DNA of 64,000 bases from Candidatus Eremiobacteria bacterium (GTDB lineage: Bacteria > Vulcanimicrobiota > Vulcanimicrobiia > Vulcanimicrobiales > Vulcanimicrobiaceae): contig CAVWUU010000004.1 of assembly GCA_963758295.1 (NCBI GenBank), forward strand, positions 1,024,001 through 1,088,000, read 5' to 3'. Position numbers and translations under genes: made by a program. Positions 42,153-56,452 of this stretch are shown here, piece by piece; the stretch's first letter is position 1; the number at the start of each line of letters is the position of its first letter. The notes below the pieces were generated by a model. The model searched no databases. It was not told where the DNA came from and saw only the letters and a program-made list of their open reading frames with translations.

Positions 42153-43184
42153 TTACTGGGATAAGAGCTCGAGTGGAGAGGCGGCCTCCGAGACGTAGAG
42201 CTGATTCATGGTGCATTGGCGCGGCGCTTTATCCGGGCGCCAGCGCAGGAGCTTCGTACCGTGCCGGAATCTATTGCCGGTGACGTGATCGTACTGCACT
42301 TCGACAACGAGTTTGGGAGCGACGGGAAACCACGGCTCCTCGGTCGCTTTCCAGCGGCTCGGACCGCCCGGCGCCGAACCGGTAAAGCCCGGCGGTTTTT
42401 CGATCTCGCGCAACTGCTTTAGCAGCGGGCTCCGTTCGCGCGTCGTGAATCCCGACGTGAAACCGACGTGATTTAGTAATCCCTCGTCGTCGTACATGCC
42501 AAGAAGCAACGATCCGACGCCGGTTTTATCTTTATTGAGGCGATAGCCGCCGATTACGCAATCCGCGCTTCGCAAATGCTTGATCTTCATTGCCGCGCTG
42601 CGAATGCCGGCGGCATAAGGCAAGTCCATTCGCTTTGCGACGACGCCGTCGAGCGCGTTGCCGACGTGCGCGAACCAACGATCGACGACGGCCCGCTCGG
42701 CGCTTGCCGGTGAAAGCCGGATCGCTTCGCCTTTGAACTGCTTTTGCGCGAAGGCTTCGAGTAACGGACGGCGGTCGCGAAGCGGCGTTCCCGTTATGTC
42801 GCCGGCGTCTTCGTCAACCAGCAGATCGAAGACCACGTACGTTGCGGGCGTTTCGACGGCGAGCCGCTTTACGCGGCTCTCCGCCGGATGAATTCGCTGC
42901 AAGAGCGCGTCGAAATCGAGTTCACCACCGCGATCGATCATCAGCTCGCCGTCAAGCACGAAACGCTTCGCTTTGAGCTTCTTCAGCTTCTCGACGACTT
43001 CGGGAAAGTACCGCGCGAGCGGCTGCGCCGATTTCGATTGCAAGAAGACCTCGCCGCCGTCGCGGAAGGCCAAGCATCTGAAGCCATCCCACTTCGGTTC
43101 GTATTGCCATTGCGGGCCGTCCGGAATGTGCTCCGTCTGAGTACATTCCATGGGCGCGAACGGCGGCTCGATCGGAAGCGCCAT
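42153..43184 (-). CDS. ATP-dependent DNA ligase (LigC/LigD ligase type)
   Basis: EPKWDGFR, LDGEL, GSLLLG and RWRPDK. Confidence 0.9.
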   Translation of the reverse strand: MALPIEPPFAPMECTQTEHIPDGPQWQYEPKWDGFRCLAFRDGGEVFLQSKSAQPLARYFPEVVEKLKKLKAKRFVLDGELMIDRGGELDFDALLQRIHPAESRVKRLAVETPATYVVFDLLVDEDAGDITGTPLRDRRPLLEAFAQKQFKGEAIRLSPASAERAVVDRWFAHVGNALDGVVAKRMDLPYAAGIRSAAMKIKHLRSADCVIGGYRLNKDKTGVGSLLLGMYDDEGLLNHVGFTSGFTTRERSPLLKQLREIEKPPGFTGSAPGGPSRWKATEEPWFPVAPKLVVEVQYDHVTGNRFRHGTKLLRWRPDKAPRQCTMNQLYVSEAASPLELLSQ

Positions 43185-43192
43185 CTATCTAT

Positions 43193-44878
43193 CTATTGAC
43201 AGCCGGTACCGCCGCCAGTGAGCAGCACGTACGAACCGCCCGAGGCGACCGGCAACGGATTGGTTACCGCTTGTCCTTCGATGTCGTTGTAGGTGTGGTT
43301 GCTCGGGAGCTTTGCGGACTCGGTTTGTGCGGAGCCGGAGTTAATGATCGCCATGCCGTTCTGATAGCGGCGATAGTAGATCTGCGGATTGGCCGGGTCG
43401 TAGCTCGGTCCGCCGTATGCCGCGGCGCACGGTTTGCCCAGGTTCGTTCCGTACTCGGCGTGGTATTGTTCGGCGCCGTATCCGTAGCCGGCGCTGTTGT
43501 GTCCGACCACGAACAGATCCAAGTTCCCTTCGTTCGTGAGCAAGTACGTGGCGAGCGAGTACTCGACGTGCGAGTTCGGGATGACGCCGTTACGGTCTTG
43601 ATCGTACTTGTCGATCACGATCATCGCTTTGCCTTGCTGCTGGACCCACTCAGCGTACCGGTACGTCGTCCCGTAGTACGAAGCCGGAACGCTTCCATAA
43701 TCGGTGAAGCCCGCTTCGCTCATCGTTACGTCCACGTTCGAGAGAAGCCGTTGTTCGTTCGCGTCGGTCGTGCTGCCGGCCGGGTGATTGACGATGATCG
43801 AGAGGTTGTTGCCGTTTGCCACGGCGCGTGCTTGCGCGACCCAATTCAAGATGTCGCTCGTGAACGTCGGGTCTTTCGTTCCTGTGTAGACGCGGTTGAA
43901 ACTGCCGTCTGTGTTGTACGTGCCGCAACCGTATTCGCCGGCGACCTTCGTTTGACCGAGTTCCGGATTACCGCCGAGCATGAAGTTGTTGAAGATCACT
44001 TCATCGAGCGCCATCGCGTTATAATTGTTCGCTTTTACGTACGCCAGAAGCGTTCCCAACTGATACTGCACGACTTGTGGATTGTGAATGTTCAACGGCA
44101 CGTCTTGGAAGCCGTCGCCCGGTGTATACGCGTAGTCTTTCGTCGGGTTCCCGTTCGAATCGCAGGCGTACATGATCCAATCCGGATGGTTCTGCTGGAA
44201 GTATTGGAGGTTGTTTCCGGACACGAGCAGGTTGTCTTCAGTGACGATGTAGTATCGCGAGACGAGCGCCTGCTGATTTGCCGCGCGCCACGGCGCCGGA
44301 TTGAACGATCCCCAGACCGCGTCGTAACGATTCGCATCTTGCGAAATCTGCGAACTGCTCATTTGCGTGTTCAGGCCGGGGAAGAAGTCGAACACCTGCG
44401 CGAGTCCTACGCGTCCATACGTGCTCCGAATGCGCGAGGCGGGCGCGGGTGTTGAGACCGTGCCGCCGGGCGTCGCCGTCGGCGCGGGTGTCGGCGTGTG
44501 CGGCGGAGGCGTAGGCGTAGACACCGGCGTCGCGCTAGGCGTTGGTTTCGGCGTCGGTGTTTGGCCGACAGGCGTGGGCGTTGGTTTGGGCGTTGGTGTC
44601 GAGCCGACCGGTGTCGCCGTTGGCTTAGGCGTCGGCGTCGAGCCGACAGGCGTAGAGGTCGGCTTGGGCGTCGGTGTCGATCCCACAGGCGTCGGCGTCG
44701 GAGCCGGCGTTGCCGTCGCTCCTTGAGTCGGCGTGGCCGTCGGTGGGGCTCCCGACGGCACCGGAGTGCCGCCGGGACCGTTTGGAATAACGCCGCCGGA
44801 AGATCCGCCGCCGCCTCCACCGCATGCTGCGAGAGCGAGAGTGAGTGCAGCGAAGACCGCGAGCAGCGACGCTTTCAT
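43193..44878 (-). CDS. Lipoprotein with Pro/Thr linker and putative glycoside-hydrolase-like domain
   Basis: Lipobox LAAC, PTP repeats, [17 protein letters not shown] and YYRRYQNG; paralog of the next gene. Confidence 0.75.
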   Translation of the reverse strand: MKASLLAVFAALTLALAACGGGGGGSSGGVIPNGPGGTPVPSGAPPTATPTQGATATPAPTPTPVGSTPTPKPTSTPVGSTPTPKPTATPVGSTPTPKPTPTPVGQTPTPKPTPSATPVSTPTPPPHTPTPAPTATPGGTVSTPAPASRIRSTYGRVGLAQVFDFFPGLNTQMSSSQISQDANRYDAVWGSFNPAPWRAANQQALVSRYYIVTEDNLLVSGNNLQYFQQNHPDWIMYACDSNGNPTKDYAYTPGDGFQDVPLNIHNPQVVQYQLGTLLAYVKANNYNAMALDEVIFNNFMLGGNPELGQTKVAGEYGCGTYNTDGSFNRVYTGTKDPTFTSDILNWVAQARAVANGNNLSIIVNHPAGSTTDANEQRLLSNVDVTMSEAGFTDYGSVPASYYGTTYRYAEWVQQQGKAMIVIDKYDQDRNGVIPNSHVEYSLATYLLTNEGNLDLFVVGHNSAGYGYGAEQYHAEYGTNLGKPCAAAYGGPSYDPANPQIYYRRYQNGMAIINSGSAQTESAKLPSNHTYNDIEGQAVTNPLPVASGGSYVLLTGGGTGCQ

Positions 44879-45043
44879 CTTTTGTTATGATCCCATTAGA
44901 ACAGAGTGCAACGGAGCTTGAGTGTATCAAGCACCATGCACGCGCATGCACAGACGAATAGGGTGTATGCGGGGGGCTAAACGTCCTAATGAGTCACAAG
45001 GAAGCGCACGTCAAACAACAACGCGCCCGCTTCTTCTTTTCGA

Positions 45044-46534
45044 TCATGAACAACCGTTTGCGCTCGTTGTAAGCACGTACGCGTCGTTTGAATTAACGGC
45101 AAGCGGGTTAGCAACCGGACGCCCTTCAATGTCGGTGTAAGCATGCGACAAAAGGGTCGCTCGTTCGCTAGGTTTCGGCAGCGATCCCGAATTTACAATC
45201 GCTATTCCATGTGCGAAGCGGCGATAGTAGATATGCGGATTGGTCGCGTCGTAGCCGGCTCCTCCATACATGGCGCCGCACGCCGCACCAAGCGGAACTT
45301 TGTATTCCGAAAAATACTGCTCCGCGCCGTAGCCGTCACGCCCGTTGTGGCCGCCGACAAAAAGGTCTGCCGAGCCTTCGTTACCGAGCAAATACGTAGC
45401 GATGGAGTACTCCACTTGATTCGAAGTCGCGCGTCCGGAATCGTCGGCAAATTTATCGATATCCACGAACGCAACGCCGAGCGACTGGACGTACTTCATG
45501 TACGAAATCGTTCCGCTAAATAGACTCTGATACGCGGGCTGATTGTAGTTGCCGTAATCGGAGAATCCCGCTTCGTCCATCGTCGCATCGACGTTCGAAA
45601 GCAACACGCGTTCGTTCGGATCTCTGGTACTCCCGGCGGGATGATTGACGACAAGACGGAGATGGTACGGCGAGAAGCCTGGATCCGTGTTCAGAATGCG
45701 CCGTGCCGCGACAATCCAATTTACGATGTCGCTGTTCCACGCGGGATCGCTTGGCGACGTATACCGTTTCGTGAACGTGCCGCCGGCGTTCCAAATGCCG
45801 CAGCCGAATTCACCCGGCTTTTTCGTTTCGCCAAGGAACGGATTTCCGCCGAGCATGACGTCGTGGAAAATCACTTCATCGATGCCGACGGCGTTGTAAC
45901 CGTTTCTGATTACGTAAGGCGCAAGGCTCTGACGGATTTGATAGTCGACAACGCTAGGATTATGAATGTCCAGCGGAACGTCGGCGAAACCGTCTCCGGG
46001 CGTGTAGGCGATATCATGCGTCGGATTACCGCTCGCATCGCACGCGTACATAATCCAGTCGGGATGATTCTGCTGCCACCAGGAGAGCTTGCGGCCGGAA
46101 ATGATCGTGTTGTCTTCTTCCAGGATGTAATAGCGGGAAGCGATCGTCGCCGAGTGAGCGCTTCGCCAAAGGTTGGGACGCGACGTTGCCCAGACCAGAT
46201 CGTAGCGCGAAGCGTTGCTCGCTATTTCCGATGCGCCGAGCATGGAATCGAAAATCTGCGCCAGTCCGATACGGCCGGCGGTGTTTGGAATTCCTGAGGG
46301 CGGATAAGAGGCGGCAGACGGCGTGGGCGTCGGCTTGGGCGTTGAGGTTGGAGCTTGAGTCGGCGAGGGCGTACTACTATGTTGCGGAGCCGGTGACTCC
46401 GAAGGCGGCACTCCATTGCCCTGGCCGCCTCCGGGAATGACGCCGTCAGGCGCACCGGAACCGCCGCCGCCGCCGCCTCCGCAAGAAGCAAGCGCAAAAA
46501 TCAACGCGGGTACAAAGAGTCGTGATGCCGTCAT
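45044..46534 (-). CDS. Lipoprotein with putative glycoside-hydrolase-like domain (paralog)
   Basis: Lipobox LASC and shared blocks [27 protein letters not shown] and GYGAEQY. Confidence 0.75.
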   Translation of the reverse strand: MTASRLFVPALIFALASCGGGGGGGSGAPDGVIPGGGQGNGVPPSESPAPQHSSTPSPTQAPTSTPKPTPTPSAASYPPSGIPNTAGRIGLAQIFDSMLGASEIASNASRYDLVWATSRPNLWRSAHSATIASRYYILEEDNTIISGRKLSWWQQNHPDWIMYACDASGNPTHDIAYTPGDGFADVPLDIHNPSVVDYQIRQSLAPYVIRNGYNAVGIDEVIFHDVMLGGNPFLGETKKPGEFGCGIWNAGGTFTKRYTSPSDPAWNSDIVNWIVAARRILNTDPGFSPYHLRLVVNHPAGSTRDPNERVLLSNVDATMDEAGFSDYGNYNQPAYQSLFSGTISYMKYVQSLGVAFVDIDKFADDSGRATSNQVEYSIATYLLGNEGSADLFVGGHNGRDGYGAEQYFSEYKVPLGAACGAMYGGAGYDATNPHIYYRRFAHGIAIVNSGSLPKPSERATLLSHAYTDIEGRPVANPLAVNSNDAYVLTTSANGCS

Positions 46535-46613
46535 GAAAAGCCCCACCTCTACACCTTAAAAGATGGCGGCAGCGGCTCACCGGATCAAGAGCCAAAGATG
46601 CGCTTGCTTCTCG

Positions 46614-47553
46614 TTATGAGGGGACGCTTTCGATGAACGGCCCTAGATCAAAGCGGCCTTTCTTCGAGGCAAGCGGCGCCCATAAATCGCCCGCTTCTGC
46701 GATTCGTTCCATCATGTTGTCGATGCGAAAATCTTCGATCCGGACGCCGTCTTCGATTTCGTCCCACGTAATCGGCGCGGAGACGCTCGCCACCGGCGTC
46801 GGACGCACGGAATAGACCGACGCAAGCGTCGAGCCCCACCGGTTTTGATTGTAATCGACCAACACGCGTCCGGGTGGCCGCTTTTCCTTTTTGTATTCCG
46901 CGGTGCTGAGAGTAGGATCGTGACGCGCGACGCCTTGCGCGAAAGCCTTTGCAAAGGTCCACACTTGTTTTTGCAACGGCCCGCGAACGATCGGAACGTA
47001 AACGTGAATGCCCTTGGAACCCGACGTTTTTGCGTAGCTTGGCATGCCCAAGCCGGCCAAGCCGTCCCGAACGAGCAGCGCGACTTCGCGCACCCGTTCG
47101 AACGGCGCACTGCCCGGGTCTAAATCGAAATGCACGTAATCGGGACGGTCGATGTCGTCGCACGTCGCGTACCATTGATTCAAATCAATGCACCCCAGAT
47201 TGACGATCCACAGCAGCGAAGCAAGATCGTTTGCCATGGGGAAATCGATCACGTTGCCGGAGCGGTGTTCGATGCGACACGTTTCGATCCAATCCGGATG
47301 CGGCGACGGCGTGCGCTTCATGAAAAAGAAGTCGCCATCGGCACCATTCGGATATCGCTTCATCACCATCGCGCGCGCTTCCACGTGCGGCAGCAAGTAG
47401 GGCGAGACGTCGGCGTAGTATTGCAACAGATCGCGCTTCGCGGCACCGGTTTTCGGAAAGAAGACCTTGTTCAAATTCGTTACCGCAACGCTCTTTGCGG
47501 CCTATTTTCAAGGTCGCGGAGTCAACGCCGGCAGGTATTTGAAGCGATGCCAT
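46614..47553 (-). CDS. LigD-type primase-polymerase domain protein (frameshift near 47495)
   Basis: RYPNG, FDLDP, KTSGSKGIHV, DYNQN and YSVR. Removing one A joins MASLQ..GRK to SVAVTNLNKVFFP. Confidence 0.88.
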
Positions 47554-47556
47554 GCT

Positions 47557-49237
47557 TCACGCTTGTACCCGAGTTGCCTGGCGTAACAACGTTCGTGCGT
47601 GCTCGAGCGCAATGTCGTGGGATTCACCCGAAAGCATGCGCGCGAGTTCGGCGGCACGTTTCTCCTCGCCGGTGATCTCCCTCACCGCGATCGTCGTATT
47701 GCCCTTAGCCTCGCGCTTCTCGAGAATGTAATGCCGGTCTGCCCACGTTGCCAGCTGCGCGAGATGCGTTACGCAAACGACTTGCCCGTCGCGCGCCAGC
47801 TTTCCGAGCCGCGTTCCAACGGCCGTTGCCGTGGCGCCCCCGATCCCGGCGTCGATCTCGTCGAAAATCAATGCGCTCCGTTCGCGGGCGGATGCCAGCA
47901 CGACGACAAGAGCGAGCAGTACGCGCGAAAGTTCTCCCCCGGAAGCCACGCGCGCGAGCGGACGCGGCTGTTCGCCGGCGTTTGCAGCAAAGGTGAATTC
48001 GACGTTTTCGGCGCCTTCGGCGCCGATCGGTTCGAGGGAAGTAAAGGCGCAATCGAATTGCGCCGACGGCAGTGCCAGCTCTTTGAGTTCCGCGACCACA
48101 CCACGCGACAAACGCTGCGCGGTTTTCATGCGAATCGCCGTAAGCTTCCCCGCCTCGGCTCCTAAGTGCGCTTGCGCGCGAAGAAGCGCTTCGTGCAGTT
48201 CGGCGTGCCGCTCGTCGCGCGACTCGTGCGCGGAAACGATCGCACGCGCTTCTTCGGCACGCTCGAGGACGCGCTCTAGCGTCGCCCCGTACTTGCGCTT
48301 TAGCTTGTCAAGCACGTCCAGGCGCGTATTGATCGTTTCCAATTCGCCTGCGTCGAATTCGCCGGAATCGGCTTCGCGCGCAATGCGAACGGCAAGTTCC
48401 GTCGCCTCGCTTTGCAACGCGCGCGCCTGGGACGCCATTTCGGAAAGCTCCCCGGCAATATCCGCGATCCCGTCGAGCGCGGAACTTGCCGCACCGAACG
48501 CGGAGCTGGCCGAACCCTCATCGCCGGCAAGCGCTTCGTGAGCGGCACGCAGCGACGCCAAGATCCTTTCGGCGTTGTCTAGGTAACGCCGCCGCTCCGT
48601 CAGCCGTCTGTCTTCGCCGGCCTGCGGTGCCCCGTCTTCGATTTCTTCCAGCGCGAACCGTTCATCGGCATAGCGTTCTTCCGCTTTACGTTCGTTAGAT
48701 TGCAGCTCGTGCAGTTCGCGAGCACGCGTTGAGACCGTGGCGTGGGCGGCAGCGACCGCTTCACGCGCGAGCGCAGCGTTGCTGCCTCCGAAGCGGTCCA
48801 GCAAATGAAGATGAAACGACGGCACGAGCAATCGCTGCGCTTCGTGCTGCCCCACGATCTCCGCAAGACGCCCGGCAATCTCACGAACGTACGAGGCCGT
48901 CGCCGAACGTCCGTTCACGCGGACGCTGGATTTGCCCGCGTCATTCATCTCGCGCACGATCGTCGCTTCCTCGCCGGGATCGACTTCAAAGCCGGCAGCG
49001 GTAAGAAATGCCGCAAAACCCTCATCGGGGTCGAACGCCAAAGTAACGGCGGCTTTGGCAGCGCCGCGACGTACTACGTCGGCGCTCGCACGCGAGCCGA
49101 GCGCGAAGGCGAGCGCGCCGAGAATCATGGTCTTGCCCGAACCGGTCTCGCCGGTAAAGATAGTCGCGCCCTCGGGCAAACGCAATTTCTGCGCGTTCGA
49201 TCAGGCCGTAGTTTTCGATCGCCAGTGTTCGGAGCAT
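47557..49237 (-). CDS. recN: DNA repair protein RecN (frameshift near 49185)
   Basis: MLRTLAIENYGLI, TGETGSGK, ASGGELSR, FDEIDAG and VTHLAQ. Confidence 0.93.
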
Positions 49238-49255
49238 AGCGTCGCTAGAGTCTCT

Positions 49256-50134
49256 TTACCGCGGCGGCGCTTTGATGGAAACACCCCAACGCATCTTTCC
49301 TTCAGCCGCTCGAAGAAGCGAAGCGGACAAAGACGCGCGAAGCGCACTGTTTTCGGATGGCGCCGGACGGCTACGCACGTGATCGGGGCCGATATCCGCG
49401 AGCACGTCGCCGTCACATTCCAAATGCGCTTGCGCAATTTCCGAATCGCACGTGATCTCGATGTCGCGAGCTGGCCGGAACGATGAGCGGACGAGAAAAT
49501 AGCGTGTGCGGCAGCAGCGGCACGATTCCGAACGCGTCGACGCGCGGCGAAATGATCGAGCCGCCGGCGGAAAGAAAATACGCCGTCGATCCGGTCGGCG
49601 TCGCGACGCAGATGCCGTCGGCCGGAATATCGGCGATATGTTCGTCGTCCAAGCTCAGGCCAAACGGAACGATTCGCGACACGTCGCCTTTGCGCACGAC
49701 GACGTCGTTGAGCGCAAAGAACGTGCGGCCATCGTACTCGGCTTCGAGTGCGACGCGTTCTTCGACGACAAGCCCGCGCTCGACGAGCTCGGGAAGGTCG
49801 TCGATGCGCGGATCGCCCGCATCGAGTTCGGTGAGAAATCCGAGGCGTCCGGTGTTGATGCCGAGCAACGGGGCATCGTTTTCCGTTGCGACGCGCGCGG
49901 CGCGCAACAACGTCCCGTCGCCGCCGACCGTGATGAACAAGCGCGGCATCGTCGGCGCCGCGCTCACCGTCGTGAGGAATACCGAGCCGCTCGTGCTGAC
50001 CTTTCCACACCGCAACTGCCGAAGCCGCGTTCGCGAAACGATTCGGCGATGCGCGCCGCGAGCGGCGGGCCGTCTTCGCGTTCGACGTCGACGTAGAGCG
50101 TGATGAGCTTCGTTCCGATGCGCAGCTTCGTCAT
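49256..50134 (-). CDS. nadK: NAD kinase (several frameshifts)
   Basis: [21 protein letters not shown] and ATPTGSTAY. Confidence 0.88.
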
Positions 50135-50951
50135 GTACGGGGCTCCTTCGCCAACGACTTCGTCGATTCGTGCGTCGTCGACCGGCGTGCCGTCGCGGCG
50201 AAACTCCATGAGGAATTCGCGGTTGCCGGCGGGGCCAAGCAACGGCGAGGCGACCAGCCGCCGCGGCGATCAAGTCCCAAAGCTGCGGCCGCGTCGCGTA
50301 CTTCTTGCAAGCACCGCGCGATGGACGGCCGGGTCGCGTACCACGCCGCCGCGCGCCCAACCGTTCCCGCCCGGCCTCGAATTGCGGCTTCACCAGGGCC
50401 ACGATGACGCCGTCGTCGCGCAAATAGGCGACGGCGCGCGCGAGAATCGGTACGCAGCGAAATGAACGACGTATCGATCACGATCGACATCGAACCGTCC
50501 GGGAACGCTTCGTCGGCAGCATGGCGGAAGTTCGTGCGTTCGATCACGGTGACGCGCGCATCGTTTCGCAGCTTCCAATCGAGTTGTCCGTAGCCAACGT
50601 CGATGGCGGTAACGTGCGCGGCGCCGCGTTGCAACAGACAGTCGGTGAAGCCGCCGGTCGAAGCACCGACGTCGAGCGCATGCGAGCCCGGTAACGTCGA
50701 TGTTGAACGCTTCAAGCGCGCTTCGAGTTTTTCGCCGCCGCGGCTGACAAAGCGGCGCGGGCGCTTCGATCTCGATCTTCGGCACCGTCGCGAACGTGTT
50801 GCCCGGCCTTCGTAGCCGGTGCGCCGTTGATGCGAACGCGGCCTTCCATGATCAGGCTGCGCGCTTGCGAGCGCGTCATTCCGGTTCTTTCCGCTACGGC
50901 CTCGTCGAGTCGCCGGGCCACGGCGCTATTGAGCCGGCGCCTGTCGTTCAT
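50131..50951 (-). CDS. tlyA: TlyA family rRNA methyltransferase (several frameshifts)
   Basis: S4 domain [45 protein letters not shown] and GNREFL across frames. Confidence 0.88.
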
Positions 50952-51135
50952 GGCGTGATCGACTTGCTCTTGCGCGCTGTCGCAGCAACATCTCGCATTC
51001 GCGCGCGAACGTTTTACCTTCTTTGAAAAGCTCGATTGCGCGATCCAGATCGACGCGCCCGCTTTCGAGCTCTTTGACGATCGCATCGATGCGCTCGAGC
51101 TTTTCTTCGAATGTTCTTCGGGACGCGTCATTCAT
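50948..51135 (-). CDS. xseB: Exodeoxyribonuclease VII small subunit (frameshifted)
   Basis: TFEEKLERIDAIVKELESG..L..AIELFKEG. Confidence 0.88.
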
Positions 51136-52478
51136 CAGGATGCACCGTTTCGACGCGCGCATCGAGCGTTCCGTGCTGCGACTCGTGCCGAGATCGCGTC
51201 GCCCGGCTGCACGTCGCGCCGCGCTGCGCACGACCTGGCCTTCCGCGCAGGATGATTGCGTAGCCGCGCGCCGAGCGGCGCGTTCGGATCGAGCGGCATC
51301 GAGCGCGCGTCGAGCGTCAACTCGACGGCATTCGACCGGCGGACCTGAGGCGCTCCCAGGCGCGGAACGAGACGCGATTCGCGGGTTGTTCCGCGTCGAC
51401 GCCACGTTCTCGAATGCGCGCGCCGGCCACGTTTCCAACCTCGCGCGTAAACCCGCGAGGCGCTGCATGCGATTCGATAGCCGTTGCGCCGGACTTTGTG
51501 CGTTCAGACGACGCTCTAACGCGATGAGCGCTCTCGACGCTTCGCGCCGTCCGACCGTTCCCACGCGCGCTCGAGACTGTCGTGTACTTGATCGCCGCGT
51601 TGAAGCGCGCGCACCAGGACGTCGCGCATCTCGCGATCGAGCTGTGATCGCAGACGCTCCAAGACGTTCGTCGCCGCGCTGCCAGAGATTCGCAATGTAT
51701 TGCGCGGCATTCGACGGCGTTTCGCACGCAAGATCGGCCACGTCGTCGGCGAGATGGTGGTCGCCGGTATGGCCGATCCCGGTGATCACCGGCGCGCACG
51801 TGCGTAGGATCGCGCGAACGACCGGCTCCAGATTGAACGCGAAAAAGTCTTCGTAAGAACCGCCGCCGCGCGCGAGCACGATCGCGTCGGCGCTGCAAGC
51901 GGCTCGCCCGGTCGAGCGCGGCCGCAATTTCGACTTCGGCGCCGATACCTTGCACGCGCGTTTCGACGAACTCGACGCTCGACGTGCGGCGCGCGATCGC
52001 GAAGGACCGTTTCGAAATCTTCTGCGCCTTTGCCCTCGCGCGGAGACCAGCGCCACTCGGCGAGGGAATCGCGGAATACGGCGCTTGCGCTCCTGCGCGA
52101 AAAGGCCTTCGCGGCGGAAGCGCTCTTTGAGCGCTTCGTATTGCGCGTAGAGTTCGCCGATCCCGGTGAGCCGCAACATCGTCCACGAGCATCTCGTAGC
52201 GGCTGCGGCGTTCTTGCACGCGAATCGAGCCGTAGCGCGATCACCGCAGTGCCTAACGGCACGTTCGGAAAGTTTCGCGCGCGATTGTGGTAAGCAAAGC
52301 ATTCCAGCACCGCTTGCGCGATCTTTTATCGTAAAGTACACGCCGTTTTGGCGGGGATTCCACTGCGAAATTTCGCCGCTGATTCCGATGTATTCGAATG
52401 GGCGAACGCGCCGGAAAACCTCGCGCAGGCGCGCAGCGAACTCTCCAACGCTAACGAACGACCGATAGGGGCTTCCAC
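51132..52478 (-). CDS. xseA: Exodeoxyribonuclease VII large subunit (many frameshifts; ends approximate)
   Basis: GEIS, YFTIKD, ARGGGSYED, ITGIGH and TPSNAA. Confidence 0.88.
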
Positions 52479-54662
52479 GCTGCCTGTTTACGCTTCGGTC
52501 TCGGCGTAGAAGCAGGCTGTGCGCTATCGAGCGGCACGTAATTCTTCCCATCGCCGACCGTATTCGGCGGCTGCGTCGCGTCGGGCGCGAGCGTGTCCCC
52601 GGCTCCCGAAGTATCGACGGCCGCAGGCGTATCGAGCGTTGCGGGTGGCGTCGCCATCGAACGATCCACCGGCTGCGGCGTTCCCTGGGCCGCCTGGTCG
52701 TAGCCGCGATAACCGCACGAAACCGGCTCGGTGCCGTTCAAATAATATTCCGGCCGCCACCGCCGCAAGCGAGCTTTGACGACTTCATCGATCGGGAACG
52801 AGAAGTCGTGCTTGGGCGTCATCGCGAGCGCCGCTTTCATGAAGCGCGCCCAAATGCGCGCGGGAATGTTGCCGCCGTACGACTCGTTCATGCGCGAGTA
52901 ATCGTCGTTGCCGAGCCACACCGCCGTGACGAGATCCGGCGTGAAGCCCACGAACCAGGCGTCGCGGAAATCCGACGTCGTTCCGGTTTTGCCGGCGGCC
53001 GGACGGCCGATGATCGCATTGGGATAGCCGGTGCCCTTGATTGATCACGTCTTCCAGCATCGTCGTCATGATGTAGGCGGTCGCCGGCGCTGACGACTTC
53101 GTTGGCTTGCGGGTACTGATTGTCGAGCACGATGTTTCCGAGCGAATCTTTGACGAGCGCGGAACGGCGTAGGATCGACGTGAATGCCTTGGTTCGCAAT
53201 CGTTGAGTATCCGCTGGCCTGATCCAGACGGCGAAACGACGGAGGAACCCAGCGCGAGCGAAAGGTTCGCTTCGAGCGGCGACGTGACGCCCATGCGATG
53301 CGCGTATTCGATGACGCGATCGAAGCCGATGCGATCGGCTAGCTTCACCGCGACGACGTTGCGCGACTGCGCGAGCGCGTGCGCAGCGAAATGGCGCCCA
53401 TGTAGCTGTTGTCGTCGTCGTTCGGATGACCACGTGCGTGCCGTCGCCCATCGGATAGCCGACCGGCGTATCGTCGATAATCGTCGTTGCCGGCATGCCG
53501 CCGAATCGATGGCCGCGGTATACACGTAGGTTTTAAACGACGAACCGGGCTGGCGATGCGCTTGCCATGCGCGGTTGAACTGATTGTCCAGCGAAAAATG
53601 CGTGCCGCCGACCATCGCGACGATCTCGCCCGTCGACGGACGAATCGCAACGAGCGCTGCTTGATGCGCGTTGATGCCTTCGCTGCGCGGCCTGCACCGA
53701 CGCCCCAGTCACGGCTTCTTGCGCGATTTGTTGCATGCGCGGATCGAGCGCGTGTAGACTTGCAGGCCGCCTTCTTCGACGGCTTGTTTGCCGAACGAGC
53801 TTCTCCAGCTGAGCGATCACGTACGTCGTAAAGTACGGATGCGACATAGCCTTGCAATCCCGCGGCGCGTTCGCTCGCGAGTTCGATCGGGGCAGCTTAG
53901 GCATCAGTCGGCTTGCTGCTGCGTGATATAGCCGCTTTCGGCCATGCGATCGAGCACGTGGCGCTGGCGTTCGCGCGCGAGCTTCAAGATTGGCGAACGG
54001 CGAGTAGTCCGACGGCGCTGCGATGACGCCGGCCAGCATCGCCGCTTGCGCGCAGGGTGAGCTTGTGAACGCTACGCGCCGAAGTACGTGTGTGCAGCCG
54101 CGTCGACGCCATATGCGCCGGCAGCCGAGATAGATCATGTTGAGATAGCGCTCGAGGATTTCGTCTTTGGTGTAATAGCGCTCGATTTCCATCGCGAGCA
54201 GCGCTTCTTGAATCTTGCGCGACATCGAAACTTCGTCGTTCAAGAAACAAGCTTGCGTGCCAGCTGCTGCGTGATCGTCGAGGCGCCTTGGAATTGCTGA
54301 TGCGTGAGATCGGCGAACGCAGCGCGCACGATGCCGCCGAAGTCGACGCCGTGATGCTGGTAGAAGTTGTGGTCTTCGTTCGCGATAACCGCCTCCCGCA
54401 CGACCTGAGGAATTTCGCGAGCGGCACCCACACGCGATTCTCGCGATACACCGACGCGAGCTGCGTGCCGTCGCGCGCGAAGATTCGCGTCGAACTGCGC
54501 CGGCTGATAGTCCGCCATGCGGCTGATGTCGGGAAGATTGCGCGCGTAGGCCGCAACGATGCCGGCAATCGTGCCGGCGGCGAACAGCACGATCAGCAGC
54601 AGCGCCACGAGCAACGCCGCGCACGAAGCGCGGCGCACCGGCTGCGCCGCTTAGCCTGGCAT
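52451..54662 (-). CDS. Class A penicillin-binding protein 1A (many frameshifts; start approximate)
   Basis: [36 protein letters not shown] and [13 protein letters not shown] across frames. Confidence 0.87.
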
Positions 54663-55066
54663 CGCGTGCGCTCTTGCGCGACCGCATTAAGTACACCATT
54701 GACGAAACGACCGGAATCTTCGGTCGAAAATTTCTTGGCGAGCTCGACCGCCTCGTTGATGACGACGGCGGGCGGCGTGTCGGGACGGCAGCGCAACTCG
54801 AAGGTGCCCATCTCGCAGCAACAAACGATCGATCGTCGGCAAACGTTCGATCGTCCACCCTTCAAGAGCGGCCGCACCGTCGCGGTCCGCCTCCGGCGCG
54901 ATACTCGAGCGTTCCAAGCACGAGATCTCGCACGAACTGCGCGGTGCTCGGCGTCTCCGCGTTCGCCGACGACTTCGGTCAGCGCATCGCCGGCTCGCGA
55001 TGCCCGACTCGAAATGGAATACAGCGCTTGCAGCGCCTGTTCGCGGCCGACGCGGCGGGACGGCAC
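54660..55066 (-). CDS. nusB: Transcription antitermination factor NusB (frameshifted)
   Basis: [17 protein letters not shown] and [23 protein letters not shown]. Confidence 0.9.
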
Positions 55067-56429
<1,363 letters not shown>

Positions 56430-56452
56430 GATTGCCTACCTCTTGATGCGCG

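Noticed and set aside
44460..44730. Non-coding tandem repeat
   Set aside because: It is the codon pattern of the [11 protein letters not shown] linker inside a lipoprotein gene; the same applies to 63790-64000.
50926..52551. xseA-xseB fusion and other apparent fusions in 49-56 kb
   Set aside because: These are artefacts of frame switching in the indel-rich zone.
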